From Trichosphaerium sp. ATCC 40318 (Eukaryota; Protista; Tubulinea), in assembly GCA_038496445.1 (NCBI GenBank), contig JALMLS010000641.1:39781-103780 (forward strand): a DNA stretch of 64,000 nucleotides, in the 5' to 3' direction. Below the pieces are notes generated by a model. The model saw nothing but the letters and a program-made list of their open reading frames with translations. It was not told the DNA's origin and did not search any database. Positions 1 to 11,951 of this stretch are shown piece by piece (the first letter of the stretch is position 1; every line of letters starts with the position of its first letter). The position numbers were made by a program, and so were the translations under genes.

Positions 1-166
1 AGTCTTTTGTTTCTGTCAATGAATTTGAAGCGTCTGTTGGAAAGGCGGAAAATCAGAAAGCTGTTTGTGAAGCAAAAATATCTGCTAATTTTCTCATCAA
101 ACTAGCTTAAGTGCATGGCCAATAAGTAATTAGGGAATAGAAAGTAAAGTGTAAACAAAGTTCACA

Positions 167-2626
167 ATGGCTGAACCTAATACCACTCCGCTTACTGTGG
201 AACAACAATACGATTTAATTACAAATGACTTGCAGGAAATACCTCTCTCTGATGTACCTCGCCTGAAAGCGCTTCTAAAAGAGCGTAACGAAAAGGGTGA
301 ACCTGTGAGAATATACTGGGGCACAGCAACAACCGGCAAACCGCATTTTGGCTACCTTGTCCCGATCTTCAAGATTTCGGACTTCCTAGCAGGTTTGAAG
401 CCTATTGTAGCTTTTGTAGCGTTAACGCCTCACTTTAGCTGGTTGTCACGTCACTATCCTTTTTGCTGACATTCATGCGTACTTGGATGACATGAAGAGC
501 CCATGGGACGTTTTGCAGCACCGTTGTGAATTTTACGAAAAAATCATCAAAGGTACGCTATCAGACCACTGCATTGGTTGCTCCATAATTTGTTGATGCT
601 AAAACGGCTACTTCAGCCATGTTATCTCTTGTTGGATGTCCACTAGAAAAGCTTCACTTTGTAAAGGTACTGTACGCTCGTAAAATACTCAAGCATTAAC
701 TTGGTAATCATTCAGGGATCGGATTTTGAGCTTGACAAAAAATACACCCTAGACGTACTAAAAGTTTCTGCAATGGTAACCACACACGATACAATAAAGG
801 TAAGAGCATACGCGTAAAAAAGACGGTTTGTTTTACGCACAAAAATACGCCAACTCTGTGTCTAACACCTACACCAAGGCTGGCGCTGCTGTAGTTCGCC
901 AAACAAAAACACCAAAGATGAGTTCTTTGTTATACCCAATTTTGCAAGCTCTAGATGAAGAATACTTGGGCGTAGACTGCCAATTTGGCGGTGTAGATCA
1001 ACGTAAAATTTTCATGTTTGCAAAAGAACAACTACCTAGAATTGGTTACAAAAAGAGGTAAGTAACGCAATGACCTCATCTCCAACTGTTTTTATTTGTT
1101 TGGTCGCTAACCACAATTTTGTAGAATTCATTTAATGAATCCTTTGATACCTGGCCTTACTAAGGACGGAAAGATGAGCAGCAGTATCACAAACTCTAAA
1201 ATTGATTTTGATGACAGTGACGATGAGATTAAGTGCGTTTTTTAACCAAGATACTTTGGCTAGTAAAACATATTTCTGACACTTTCTAGGCGAAAGATTT
1301 CTTGCGCTTACTCTATAGATGGTGTTGCCGAAAATAATGGCATGCTTTGCATGTTAAAATACGTTTTATGGAGGTACGACGAACGTAACAAACTACAACA
1401 AGAACTACAATGTGAAAGAAAATTTGTTTCTGTTTGGCACCCCACAGAAATATTTCTTACTCTTGTAGACGTTTGTGTAAGAAAGAAAAACCTGGTTTGG
1501 CTGTTATGCAAGGTGATAAGATAGCATTTTTCTCTACCTACGCTGAATTGGAAGAAGCTTTCACAAACAGTACGTTTCACTTGTTTGAATACTTTTAACT
1601 CAACCACCTTCAGAAACGGTTACATCAAAACAACTCAAAGCATCAATTGTGGATGAACTCATAGAGTTAATCAAGCCTCTTCGTAAGGTCTTGGAAGAGA
1701 GCAAGGTACAAAATAGTCTTTTAAAACACATTGTATCATTGTACTGATTGTGACACGTATTTATCATTTTTTTAGGCTTTGCTCGCAAAAGCTTACCCTG
1801 TAGACGAAGAAGAACAGAAGCGTCTTGCTGCGCTAAAAAGTGTCGTTACTAAGGGTACAAAACCTACAAAATTTCTTTAACGCAAACTCACCTTTGTACT
1901 ATCTAGCTGCTTCAATCACTGATTTCGAGATTAAAGTTGGTAAAATTGTTCAAATTGAACCAGCAAAAAGAGGCAATAAGTGCGTAGTAACCAAAACTAA
2001 AACCAATTGATTTACGCTTTAGATTATACCTCTGTAAAATAGATGTTGGAGAAGACGAACCACGTGATGTTTGCGCTGGATTACGCCAATTGATGACAAT
2101 TGACAAATTGCAGGTAAAAGAAAAAAAGTCATTTTGATAAGTATTGGTAAACAAAGTCTAATGGTATTTTGTATTGCAGGATAAGACAGTATTAGTTGTT
2201 AGCAATTTACCTCAAGTAAAGTTGATGGGCTTCCCATCCAATGGTATGATCCTAGTAGGCTCAGTGGGCAAGAAAGAGGTAACGAATGACTTCTTTTTTG
2301 TAAAGAGAACTAAACCTTATCTTTTAGTTTGCACTCGTTGAACCACCTCAAGGTGTTGAGATTGGAGAGGTTATAACCTACGGATCACTTGAAGGTAGTC
2401 CACTACCTTCTGCGTCATTGACAAAGAAAAAGATTGCAAAAATCTTGAGTGTACGTGAACACAAAGCAAACAAACAACTTGTTTAATCAACCATCTTCTT
2501 TTTTTTATTTACATATTTTTTTAGTTTTTGAAGACAGACGCTGATGGTATGGTCATGTGGAAGACAACACCTCTTATTACATCCAAAGGAAACTGTAAAT
2601 CTCTCCCAAACGCTAATGTGAGCTAA
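167..2626 (+). CDS. YARS1: Cytosolic tyrosyl-tRNA synthetase with C-terminal EMAP-II-like tRNA-binding (OB-fold) domain; multi-exon
   Basis: [15 protein letters not shown] (HIGH-type motif), [29 protein letters not shown] and GKMSSS (~1168-1185). The spliced C-terminus reads [49 protein letters not shown]. Stop TAA at 2624-2626. Confidence 0.96.
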
Positions 2627-2682
2627 AAACAGAGAAGAGAGAAGAGAAAACAATAAAAAGAGCGTTTCTATCTTTCTTTTTT

Positions 2683-3147
2683 TTAATCCACTTTTTTCAC
2701 AATTATCGGAGACTCATCCAAAGGTCTGTATGGGACATTATTACTATTCATCACATCAATAATATCTTGATTAAGTCTTGCGAATACACCTGCAGCGTAA
2801 CAACCTGGAACCCATTCTTTGATGATCGATTAGTAAAATTATTGTAATTTTTTTCGTTGTACTTGGATTCATGCGCGTCCATTTTGCTACCCAACTCTTG
2901 TTTGGGTCTGTCATTGTGATTATTCTTGAACGAAAAATGTTACGTTCATTTATTTACAAAATTTGAGCGCCTACCCGTTGAAATTGGTTGTAGTTAGGTC
3001 CACAATATCGTCATCTTCATTTGTATACAGAAATTGAAAGCGAGAGCAATTATCACAACGATCAAGTCTGAATTGTTGCTCAGTCTTCACTAGGCCACAT
3101 ATCAAACAAGCACGAAGCCTTGTGAGTTTGTTTGGGACAACACCCAT
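2683..3147 (-). CDS. SPT4: Transcription elongation factor SPT4 (3 exons; missed by the ORF track)
   Basis: Manual translation: MGVVPNKLTRLRACLICGLVKTEQQFRLDRCDNC...TTTNFNG/IITMTDPNKSWVAKW.../VPGCYA, which matches the SPT4 zinc finger and SWVAKW motif. Confidence 0.95.
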
Positions 3148-3327
3148 GTCTTCGTAGCTGAGGGCTCAGAATTAGTATGTAGGGAGTTTTTTCGATTAGA
3201 AAATGCGAACCCGTCATGCATTGTTGGTGTTGGAGGGATAGAAAACTGTAGCCAGCTTTCTGACCTTTTCTGACTCTGCGTTTTTCTCTTTGTATTTTGT
3301 TACACAAAGGCAGTACGACACAAAAAA

Positions 3328-3975
3328 ATGAGCCTACAAGAACAATCACGTAAACTAGAACAAGATTTAGCAAAGCTTCGCAAATTACAACAAGGTACGC
3401 GCGATATTATAGTATAAACAGTTAATTTAATCAATTTAGATGTTGTAAAGGCACAACAGCAAAAGAGAAAACTAATAACGCAACAAAATGAAAATCAAAT
3501 GGTCAAATTGGTACGGCATTGGCCTAATTGTACCTTCAGAATCCTCACATGATCACATAAAGGAGTTGGCAGAAATTAAAGATGATGGCACAGTATACAA
3601 ACTCATTGGCCCTTGTCTCGTAAAACAAGACCTGAGTGAAGCCAAAAAGACGGTAGAACAGCGTCTCAAGTACATTGGTGGCTTACTGTACGTAAACCAC
3701 GCCCAAATGACTTTAAAATGATCTACACAGCGCTGTACCACATGTCAAATCTTTTTACATATTTTAACGCGTACAGAACTTAAAAAACAATCCGAGGCAC
3801 CAGCCTACAAATCGTTTTATTTTCGTCCAATTTCACATCTAAGCCACTTTTCAGCGAAGAATGCGAGAAGCAAACAACAGAATTTCAAAAAAAATTCACT
3901 ACCCAACAACAACAGACTCTAGTACTACAACAACAAGTCCAACAAATGGCTCAACAACGTGCAGCTGGAAAGTAG
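3328..3975 (+). CDS. PFDN6: Prefoldin subunit 6 (beta-type prefoldin)
   Basis: Spliced: MSLQEQSRKLEQDL...QQNENQMVKL/ELAEIKDDGTVYKLIGPCLVKQDLSEAKKTVEQRLKYI; stop TAG at 3973-3975. Confidence 0.92.
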
Positions 3976-4272
3976 GCTTGTTTTCAAAAAAAAAGTAATA
4001 AAAACTGTCTCAAACAACAAACACTAGCAAGCCTTTGTAATCAATTTCCAATCAGTTTACAGCGTGATATTATTGGTACTGTCGATCTTACCAACGACTG
4101 AACGGTTTCTAAATATCACGAAAGAAATGAGGTTTTAACAAACAAAAAAATTTGATTCGTCAGAAAAAAACAGTTGGTTAAATAGTACATTTATTAGGGG
4201 AGTGGTTTCATCTTGAAGAAAGGGAAAAATAGGAGGCAACGAAAGAACATACTTTCAAGCAGTTTAAACTAC

Positions 4273-7200
4273 TTAACTGAATGTTTTCAAAGTACCAAGG
4301 TTAGCAGGCTTAGGTGGAACAGCAGGCGTATAAGCGTCAACAGCAGGTAATTTAGGACCACCACTGCTATCAGTATCAGACTCCTCAGCTAGATGAGCAT
4401 CAATACTCTTACTCTTCCTTAAAGTCGATAACCCAAGACCAACTGGCTTCGAAGGTAAAGGAGGTGGCGGTCTCTGAACCTAAAAAAAAAAGTTAGATGG
4501 TTTTCTTGGTTTTTTCTTAAAAAGCACTTACTTTGCGTTTCTTTCTTCGTCTTCGTTTAGAACGTTCACTAGCATCTAAGTCACCTTCTTGTTGTGTTGG
4601 AGAGGTTTTAATACTAGAACTAGCATCAACACGTCTACCACTCTTCTTGCGTGCGGAACCAGGTTTTTTGATTTTTCTATTACTTTTATTTCCTCTTGCG
4701 CTTTTTTTCCCACTTGACATTCCAGAACTATTATTTGTCTTCGTAGGTAATGAAATTTCAAAGTCAAAATCAGCTTTTCCTACTAGTCGAGGAGAAGAAG
4801 CTCCTCTAGGCGAAGAAGGCCCTCTTGGAGAAGAAGGCCCGTCATTAATAGTATTGACTTTTTTTGGGTTTAATGGCCCTTTTCTTGCTCTTAGGAAGTC
4901 ACTTTTGAACGTCTCGTCAGTCTCCAATTGAGCAATCAAGTCAACACCAACATTTCCTCCGAGTGTCTTTCTACGATTTCTTCTTTCTTTCTCCTTTTCT
5001 TTTTTCTTTTTACGTTTTGTAGAACGCTTAGTTGAAGCCTTTGCAGACATATCAACAGAACCACGTGTAGGTGGTACAAGTGGGCCTCTTGCAGCTTTAG
5101 GACTTGTAGGTGGTGAAGAAGAAGTAGCTGTAACAGCTATACTCTTAGCTCTGTATTTCTTTTTCTTTTGTTTTTTGGCATAAACTTTATCTGATTCTGC
5201 AGCTGCTTCTGAAGAAAGACCAAACTTAACTCCTTTACCAGTAGGACTCTTACTCTCTTGTGTTGCATTTTGTGGTATAGGTGGAAGAGCCATAGAAAGC
5301 CTCTTATCATTAGTAGAGAAAGAAGCGTTAATTTGTCTTTGAGCTATGTTGCCCACTGGTGCAGTCTCAGCCTATAAAAATAGGTAAGAAACAACATTTC
5401 ACAGGAGGACAAAAAAACCACGTTTCTTTTCCCAGACGGTTTCAACGTACACGTGCTACAAAATCACTACTTGGAGCAAGACCAGATGATGTTCGCCTTC
5501 CTGTTCCTGTAGAGCTTCCAGCTGAGTTATTAGATCCAATAACCTACAATCTCGTATAAATGATAAAGCAAGGCATTGTGATGAACTCAAGATATAGTAG
5601 TAACATTCTTCTCGCGTACATGTTTTAAAGAAGCTGCTGACTGAGCAACACTTGAATCTTCAGTGGGTTTTTTCAAAATAGAACCTTTAGGTGACGCCGA
5701 ACTTGATGCAAGTTGTTTACTACCTGCCGTAGAGAATACTCCACGCATAGATCCAGGTAATGGTGCTGTACCCGATGTACTAACAGTAAATTGTCCTAGG
5801 GTACCACGTCTCTCTCTAATCACTACAGGCTCATCATAGAAAGAATAACTGAGGAGATTAATAGGTGGAATGAACTTTGATTTTTCCTCAAAAGGAATAG
5901 GAAATCCACCAAGTCTAGTACTTTATAAATGTAGTTAGGATATTATATATTACCTTAGAGCCTCCATGACCATCTTAGCTGAGTGTATTTCTGATAAAGA
6001 TGAAAGTATTTTAGGCAATTGGATGTCATTAGATTCAACAAAGTCCACAAACTAAAAAAATGGTTAGTTGTTTTTTATCATCCACGTGTTAGACTTTTCG
6101 TACTTGTTGTGGAGGTGTTACAGTACTTATATTTTCAGTAAATCTAGTGCCTCCTTTATGGAGCTGTTGTATCCATCCAATTACATTGACTTGTCCAGAA
6201 GATGTAATAGGTTTCTTGAGAGGACACCACCTAATGACAAACCATTACTAAAATGTTACCATAAAAAAACAAACTAACAAAACACGTACCAGATGCCTAT
6301 ACCATTAAACTCATGAATACGTTCATACAATCTAAATAAACTGAACCCTTCACGTGGTTGTTCCTAATAATCAAAATATTAGTCTTTCAATTCAAATCAA
6401 TAAAAAATCTCGTACAGTAAAAGCATCTTGAAAGTTAGTTACATTTCTCGTTATTTCAGCAAGGAATAGCTCTGGTTCTAGAGTATACTTATTTACAAGT
6501 TTCACTATTAATCCAACACGTGTATATGCTGTGTTTGTATGTAACTTTGTAAGGGAAGGTAGTATACCAACACCATTGTATACTATGTAAAACAAAAAGT
6601 CAACCTCCATAAAAAAAAAAAAAGCTAGATCTACGCACATAAAATATCGCCTGTTTTGAACTCGTCACAGTGTTGTTTGTATGAAAAGTTATGCTTAAGT
6701 TCATATCCAGAACTTGGAGCAGGAAAATAAGGAGGACTAGTTATTTGTTCCTAACCACGTGCGTGTCAGACTCAAAGCAAAAATGACGTGTGTTCAAAAA
6801 CCACTTTTACTTTTTGAATTTCACACAGAAAGTCTGCAGGTTTTAGTGAAATAACATGCACAATACCTTTAGTTGGGTGTAAAAGAACCGTGCGTGAATG
6901 TTTCCAACGATTTCCCTCGGATTTTTCTATTCATGACGGTGAGAAGAGACCACAAGGTCGCCTAAGCGCGTGTAGTAGTTTAATAGGTACCTTAGAGTTC
7001 GCTAGTATACTTGCTGGAGCTTGTACATCTGTCCATTTGTCGCACACAACTTCTTTCTCAAAATCTGATGGAGAGCAAAGCTCACACGTCTATACATGTC
7101 AGGGATTACACGATCGTCGCTAGTTTTGTGCTCAAAGCAGAAAAATACCGTTTAAATACTAACGTACACCCATTAGCTTGTCTCCACCTAATTTTCCTGT

Positions 7201-7584
7201 GCTTGACCATATTTCTAAGGTAATAGGAGTGACAGCATCAACAATTTCGCTACATCCAGAATACGTAAGTTGACGCGTTCGTGTATTACCGTACAGCATA
7301 AATATCTCGTTCCACACTGGCTCTTGGGTTTTCTTTACAACTTTCGTCTTGAAACGCGGTTTGTGGTACACAACGCGAGCGTACGGATTACCGACTATAA
7401 TAATGAGTCTTCTGGACAAATGAAGAATGTTTACCTTTGTTTTGTTGTAATAGGCCAACGCCTTCCATAACTGTAACAGTAAGTGCCAAATACAATATAA
7501 CGCAATAGTACCATAAACGAATAGCTTTGAGTCCGCATCATCGAACAGCTCTTCGAGCTTGCCGGATTTGGCCTTTGCTTGCAT
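4273..7584 (-). CDS. C2-domain protein with a permuted papain-like (NlpC/P60, YiiX/C92-like) domain, probably inactive, and a long Lys/Ser/Pro-rich tail
   Basis: C2: NPYARVVY..FKTKVVKKTQEPVWNEIF. Middle domain: FKTGDILLYNG..TNTAYTRVGLIV..LYERIHEFNGIGIWWCPLKKPI..IHSAKMVMEALR. Tail includes ORF 4517-5356 and ends VPPKPANLGTLKTFS*. Confidence 0.75.
4788..4841 (-). repeat. Three-copy 18-nt coding tandem repeat (GPSSPR-GPSSPR-GASSPR)
   Basis: Visible in the translation of ORF 4517-5356. Confidence 0.75.
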
Positions 7585-7697
7585 CTATTGTCACAGTCAC
7601 GCGTTTTTGAGCGTAATTGACCAAACTTCCGAAACAAAGACCTAGAATTTAACATTTTATTTCCTCAGTTTGCTCACCAAGCAGCAAATACACTTAG

Positions 7698-9305
7698 ATG
7701 TATTTTTCAGCTGATGAAGATGACATTACATCCACTCCGGTTGAAGTTGGAGGTACATCGTACGAGTACAATGAAAACTCTACCAGTGTAACAATTGGTA
7801 CGTGCATCTCGCTAGTATAAATTCTGGAAACAGTTTGGTGACAGCGTTGTTATTTTACAGGACAAGGACAGCAAACTATACACCAGGTATGCTATTCAAC
7901 AGTAAAAACCATTTGACAGTTACAGCGGAATGAATACAGGTTGCTTTCATATTTTTTGGCTGCTTTCGCGTTTACACAGTTGTTTGATACCATATTTTCG
8001 TTCGCTGTCAAAATGTACGCACTGGAAGCAAATTCGAAAGAAAAGCAGAAAAAAACAATTTGACATTTACCTTGTAGAGATTCTAAACCCAACTTGCATG
8101 TTACATACAAGGAAATGGTTCAATTCCGTACGCTCAAAAGAAAACAAGTTGATCACAAGCTGAATATTCGGCTCCTTACTTATTACTAGTTCCACCAATA
8201 GCTAGATTGCTTATATTATGGCGTGTGTATTTCTTTAAAATTAAAAAGGAGAACAATAAGGCTTCCCTAATCGAGGTAATTCCAAAACAAGCAAGAGACT
8301 TTTTTTTTCTTACAATGGTTTTTTAGATTTTTATTTTTCTGTTTCTTGCTTGTTTATGGCTTCTTGGGTCAGGTACATCACCTATCAATGTATTAAAAAT
8401 CACGTGGCTTATACTATAGGTGTAAATATTGCCGCTCACGGTAATGGCAGAATAGTGAATGGAATCAACAAGCAGTGGGATGCGTTTAATGCAAATGTTA
8501 CTTTTCCTCCGGAATTGAAACTTATTGCAGGTGATTTGGATACTTATATTACCGTTAGCATCTATTTTATATATTCTTTTATACTCACAGAAACATAGAG
8601 TCTTGAACGTGTACAAAAAGGGTTACTTTTAGTCAGCGCATACTTCGGACATTGTGCGTGTTTTTTTTTGGTTGCTAAAGTGTATCTTGTGTTAGTTAAA
8701 ACGAGTCAATGTCACTTTGCACAAACGAATAGTTTTAACGTTGTTGTTCTAATATTTTTATAGTATGCTTTTATATACTATTACTATGTTTGGTAATTCG
8801 TCAATGGGTACTAACACTTCTTTTTTTTTGAAGGGTTTTTTTCAACGAAATAACTCGTTCTTTAGCTCAATCCTTTACCTTATGTTCCAAAACATAATTT
8901 ATGGCACATGACACTTATAATAGTGTCAGCAGTAGTTTTTGGCACTAGTACTTTAGCTCTATCTATTTACAAGTATGCCAATTTAAACGGTTTTTCAATG
9001 TCCTTTTTTTTGACATAGTAGTTTTTTTTTGGTTTGTTAACGGCTTTGTTCTAGAAAAACAGTCCCTTTAACTATTATATACGCTGTTTTAAACATTATT
9101 TTTGGTATATATGTCTTTCTTTTAAGAGAGAGATGTTGTGAGAGATTAGAGAGAGCAAAATTTAAAGTACGTCTTTTTGTTGTGTTAGGATGTACGTTTT
9201 TTCAGCTAACACTCTATGATATAGTATAACCAATATATTAATCGATTTGACGGCGATAAATCTAGAAAAGCTTTTCGATGGAAGGAGTACCCATGTGCGT
9301 TTTGA
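7698..9305 (+). CDS. Hypothetical multi-pass membrane protein
   Basis: Hand-splicing gives a continuous frame MYFSADEDD...YFLAAFAFTQLFDTIFSFAV...GLLLVSAYFGHLCFYILLLCLVI...MTLIIVSAVVFGTSTLALSIY...PLTIIYAVLNIIFGIYVFLL...EYPCAF* with several hydrophobic segments. No family recognised. Confidence 0.6.
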
Positions 9306-9909
9306 GTTTTTTGTAAAAAAAAGAAGAAAAACTTGTCATGGATTGTTATACGTTCTAACCACCTTTTAGTGCTTGTATTCCTTATCACATCTGCTTTGCC
9401 GATGAGCTTTGGACTCATAGTGTACGCTATAGTATATTTTGTTGCGTAAAAAGAGATTGAGAGGTCTCATATTTGACACAGTAGTGTTGCCTATAATTCG
9501 CTTACTTTGCCTTGTAAATAAATTTTTCAAAAACCTCAAAAAGTATTTGCTCAAAGCGGTTGTAAAGTATGTTATACTTGGCCAATACGATGATTTGAAC
9601 GACACTTTGAAAAGCTTGGCTACGTAACCTTCAATTATTCACTGCACACGCGAAAATCAATGAAATTTAGCGAAATTTCTTTTCTTTTTATAGTTTTTAC
9701 CTCCATTTACTTTCTGGTTTTTTGGTTTTTGGTTTGAACTATGTCTTTCATTTCGTTTTTATTTTTAACAACGTACATTCTTCTTTTTCATCAGTTTGGA
9801 ATTTCGCCTAGTTTTTAGAATGAAATTATAGAAATCAGAATATTCACCGTATGCCATACTCTTTTCTTTAGTGACATCGTACTCTCATTAATAAAAAAAA
9901 TATACAACA

Positions 9910-11748
9910 ATGGCGTCGTCTGTTACAAAGACGCTACCAGTAAAGCTATTACTGTTACAGTCTGAAGGGCTAGTAGATGTTAAAGTACAATCTTATGGCA
10001 CTTCGAAAGGACCAAAGAAACAAGTCACACTTGACTCTGATGGTTTCACAACAGTACGTGTATATAAGCAATTGATAAAAAGTTGTCTTCGCTTGCTAAC
10101 TCTGGATAAGGTTGTAAGACGCAAGTCTGTACAGAAGGCAAAGACACGAAAGACAAAGCCAAAATCTACGCAACCTAGGCGCCAGCAAGCATTGAAGAGT
10201 GTCCCTAGACGTACTCCTCAGAAGGTGGTTACAAAGGAGGTTGTAAACAAGTCCAAGCGTGTAAATTATAACGGCAACGACAATGTTTGGGACGTGATTG
10301 AATTTGTTTCTCCAGAGCAAGAGCGAAAAGTTCAGAAACAAACAACAAAATCGCCTAAAGTTGTAGCTTCAAAAGAACTCCAGAATCCTTTGCCTCAAGT
10401 GCATGTAGATACTAGTGATCTTTACAAAGTATCTAAAGCTAGAGACATTGATGATTCCGAAGTAGAGAAGTCACAACAGTCACAAAAGTTAAGATGTTTT
10501 GATACAAACGAACACTTTACACAACAAGTGATTGGATTGCCAATTTCAATTCGAAGACGTAATGATTACTACTACCTTGATTGTCCTTTTGTTTATCAGA
10601 GCTATCAAAGCTTTCATTCAAAGAAGACTAGAGAGACATCGTGGAAAGAACGTTTTCAACATTGGTTGCCTCTATGGATAGACGAAAAACACGCCAGAAG
10701 GTAATGGCTTTTTTTATCTTTTTTTTTTTTTGAAGGTTTTTGTTTTGTTACGAATCTCAGTCTCACACTTTTATGTAGAGCTTCAGTTCATGTTGATAAA
10801 GCCATTTTAAATATATGGATGGATCTTCAAAAACGTAACTTTGGTAGATTCACAGGAGATTACTGGACGATGCCAACTTTTGCGCCAAAAATGGTTTTGG
10901 AGGTTATTCCACCTTTGATGAGCAGTATTGTTTCGAGACTCTACAGCTGGAAATCAAAGAATATATCCGCACCAATCGAAGCATACCGTGCTTGTCATAG
11001 ATTGCTTATTAGCTACGTTGAGAGGTTCCCTGCTTTGAGAAAAATGGTAAACCAAATCGCTGTAAAGTTTATTCGAAGTGATGTTGAGAGACGAAGCTGG
11101 TGGGATCTAAATGAGTTCTTACAGATGGCGACAGTACGTTGAATTTTTGCAATCATGCTTTTCTGGTGTTTACGAAACGTGTTGCTTATTTTTTATTGAA
11201 AGGTCGCTGATAGAGTTACTTGGAATCACTTGTGTTTTCCTTTTTTGAAGGAACTTTTTGAAAGAGTAGCAAAAAGATCTGCACGTGTTTTCCCTAGGAA
11301 CAAAAATGTTCCTGCAAACTTTACACTGAAGACAGCAGTTCCATGCCCAGCTGGTACGTATCTGCAAACGACTTTTAAGGCGAATCTGCTTTTTTTTTTT
11401 CAATAATTGTATCTTATTTTTTTCTTAGATAACTACCGTAACGCGACTACCTTCGAATGTAACAGTAGGACTCTAAAGATTGCTGCCATGAATGTATATT
11501 TTTTTACACATGTTGCTCGTACTCTTGGTATTGCAACAGAGAGCACAACACTCGCTTATGATGCTGCACTCAGCTTGCCTTCAAAAAGCATGATAAGCTC
11601 TATTTCACAAAAATTAGCAGAGATGGACTCCATGAAGTCTTTTGATGCTTTTTTCCTTCACATGGGTATAACACCAATAAAAGGTAATACCCTAACTGCT
11701 TGGTTACTCCAAGCAACAAAAAATACGTCAAAACGACAAAGGAACTAA
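9910..11748 (+). CDS. Hypothetical protein: Lys-rich N-terminus plus a conserved-looking helical domain
   Basis: Three long ORFs (9910, 10819, 11407) are joined by GT-AG introns. Motifs CFDTNE..IGLPI, WKERFQHWLPLWIDEKH, PKMVLEVIPPLM and IEAYRACHRLL recall an uncharacterised protist/fungal family (from memory, not searched). Confidence 0.7.
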
Positions 11749-11951
11749 ACATGTATAACAAAAAAAATAAAACTACAGTTCCTGTGAAACAGTTTCGTGT
11801 AAAATTATCACTTGAAATACTTGGTTCCTACCTTGTTTATGTCTGCGCAAATCCAAATCATTATCATCACGTGTTCCAAGTGAGGCTTACTTGGATAAAT
11901 GTCTAAGTCAGACACGTGCTAAGTAAGTGTCAGGAACTGAAAGTTTAACAC

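Noticed and set aside
4533-4931. Hydrophobic 132-aa ORF on the + strand
   Set aside because: Antisense shadow of the Lys/Ser-rich exon.
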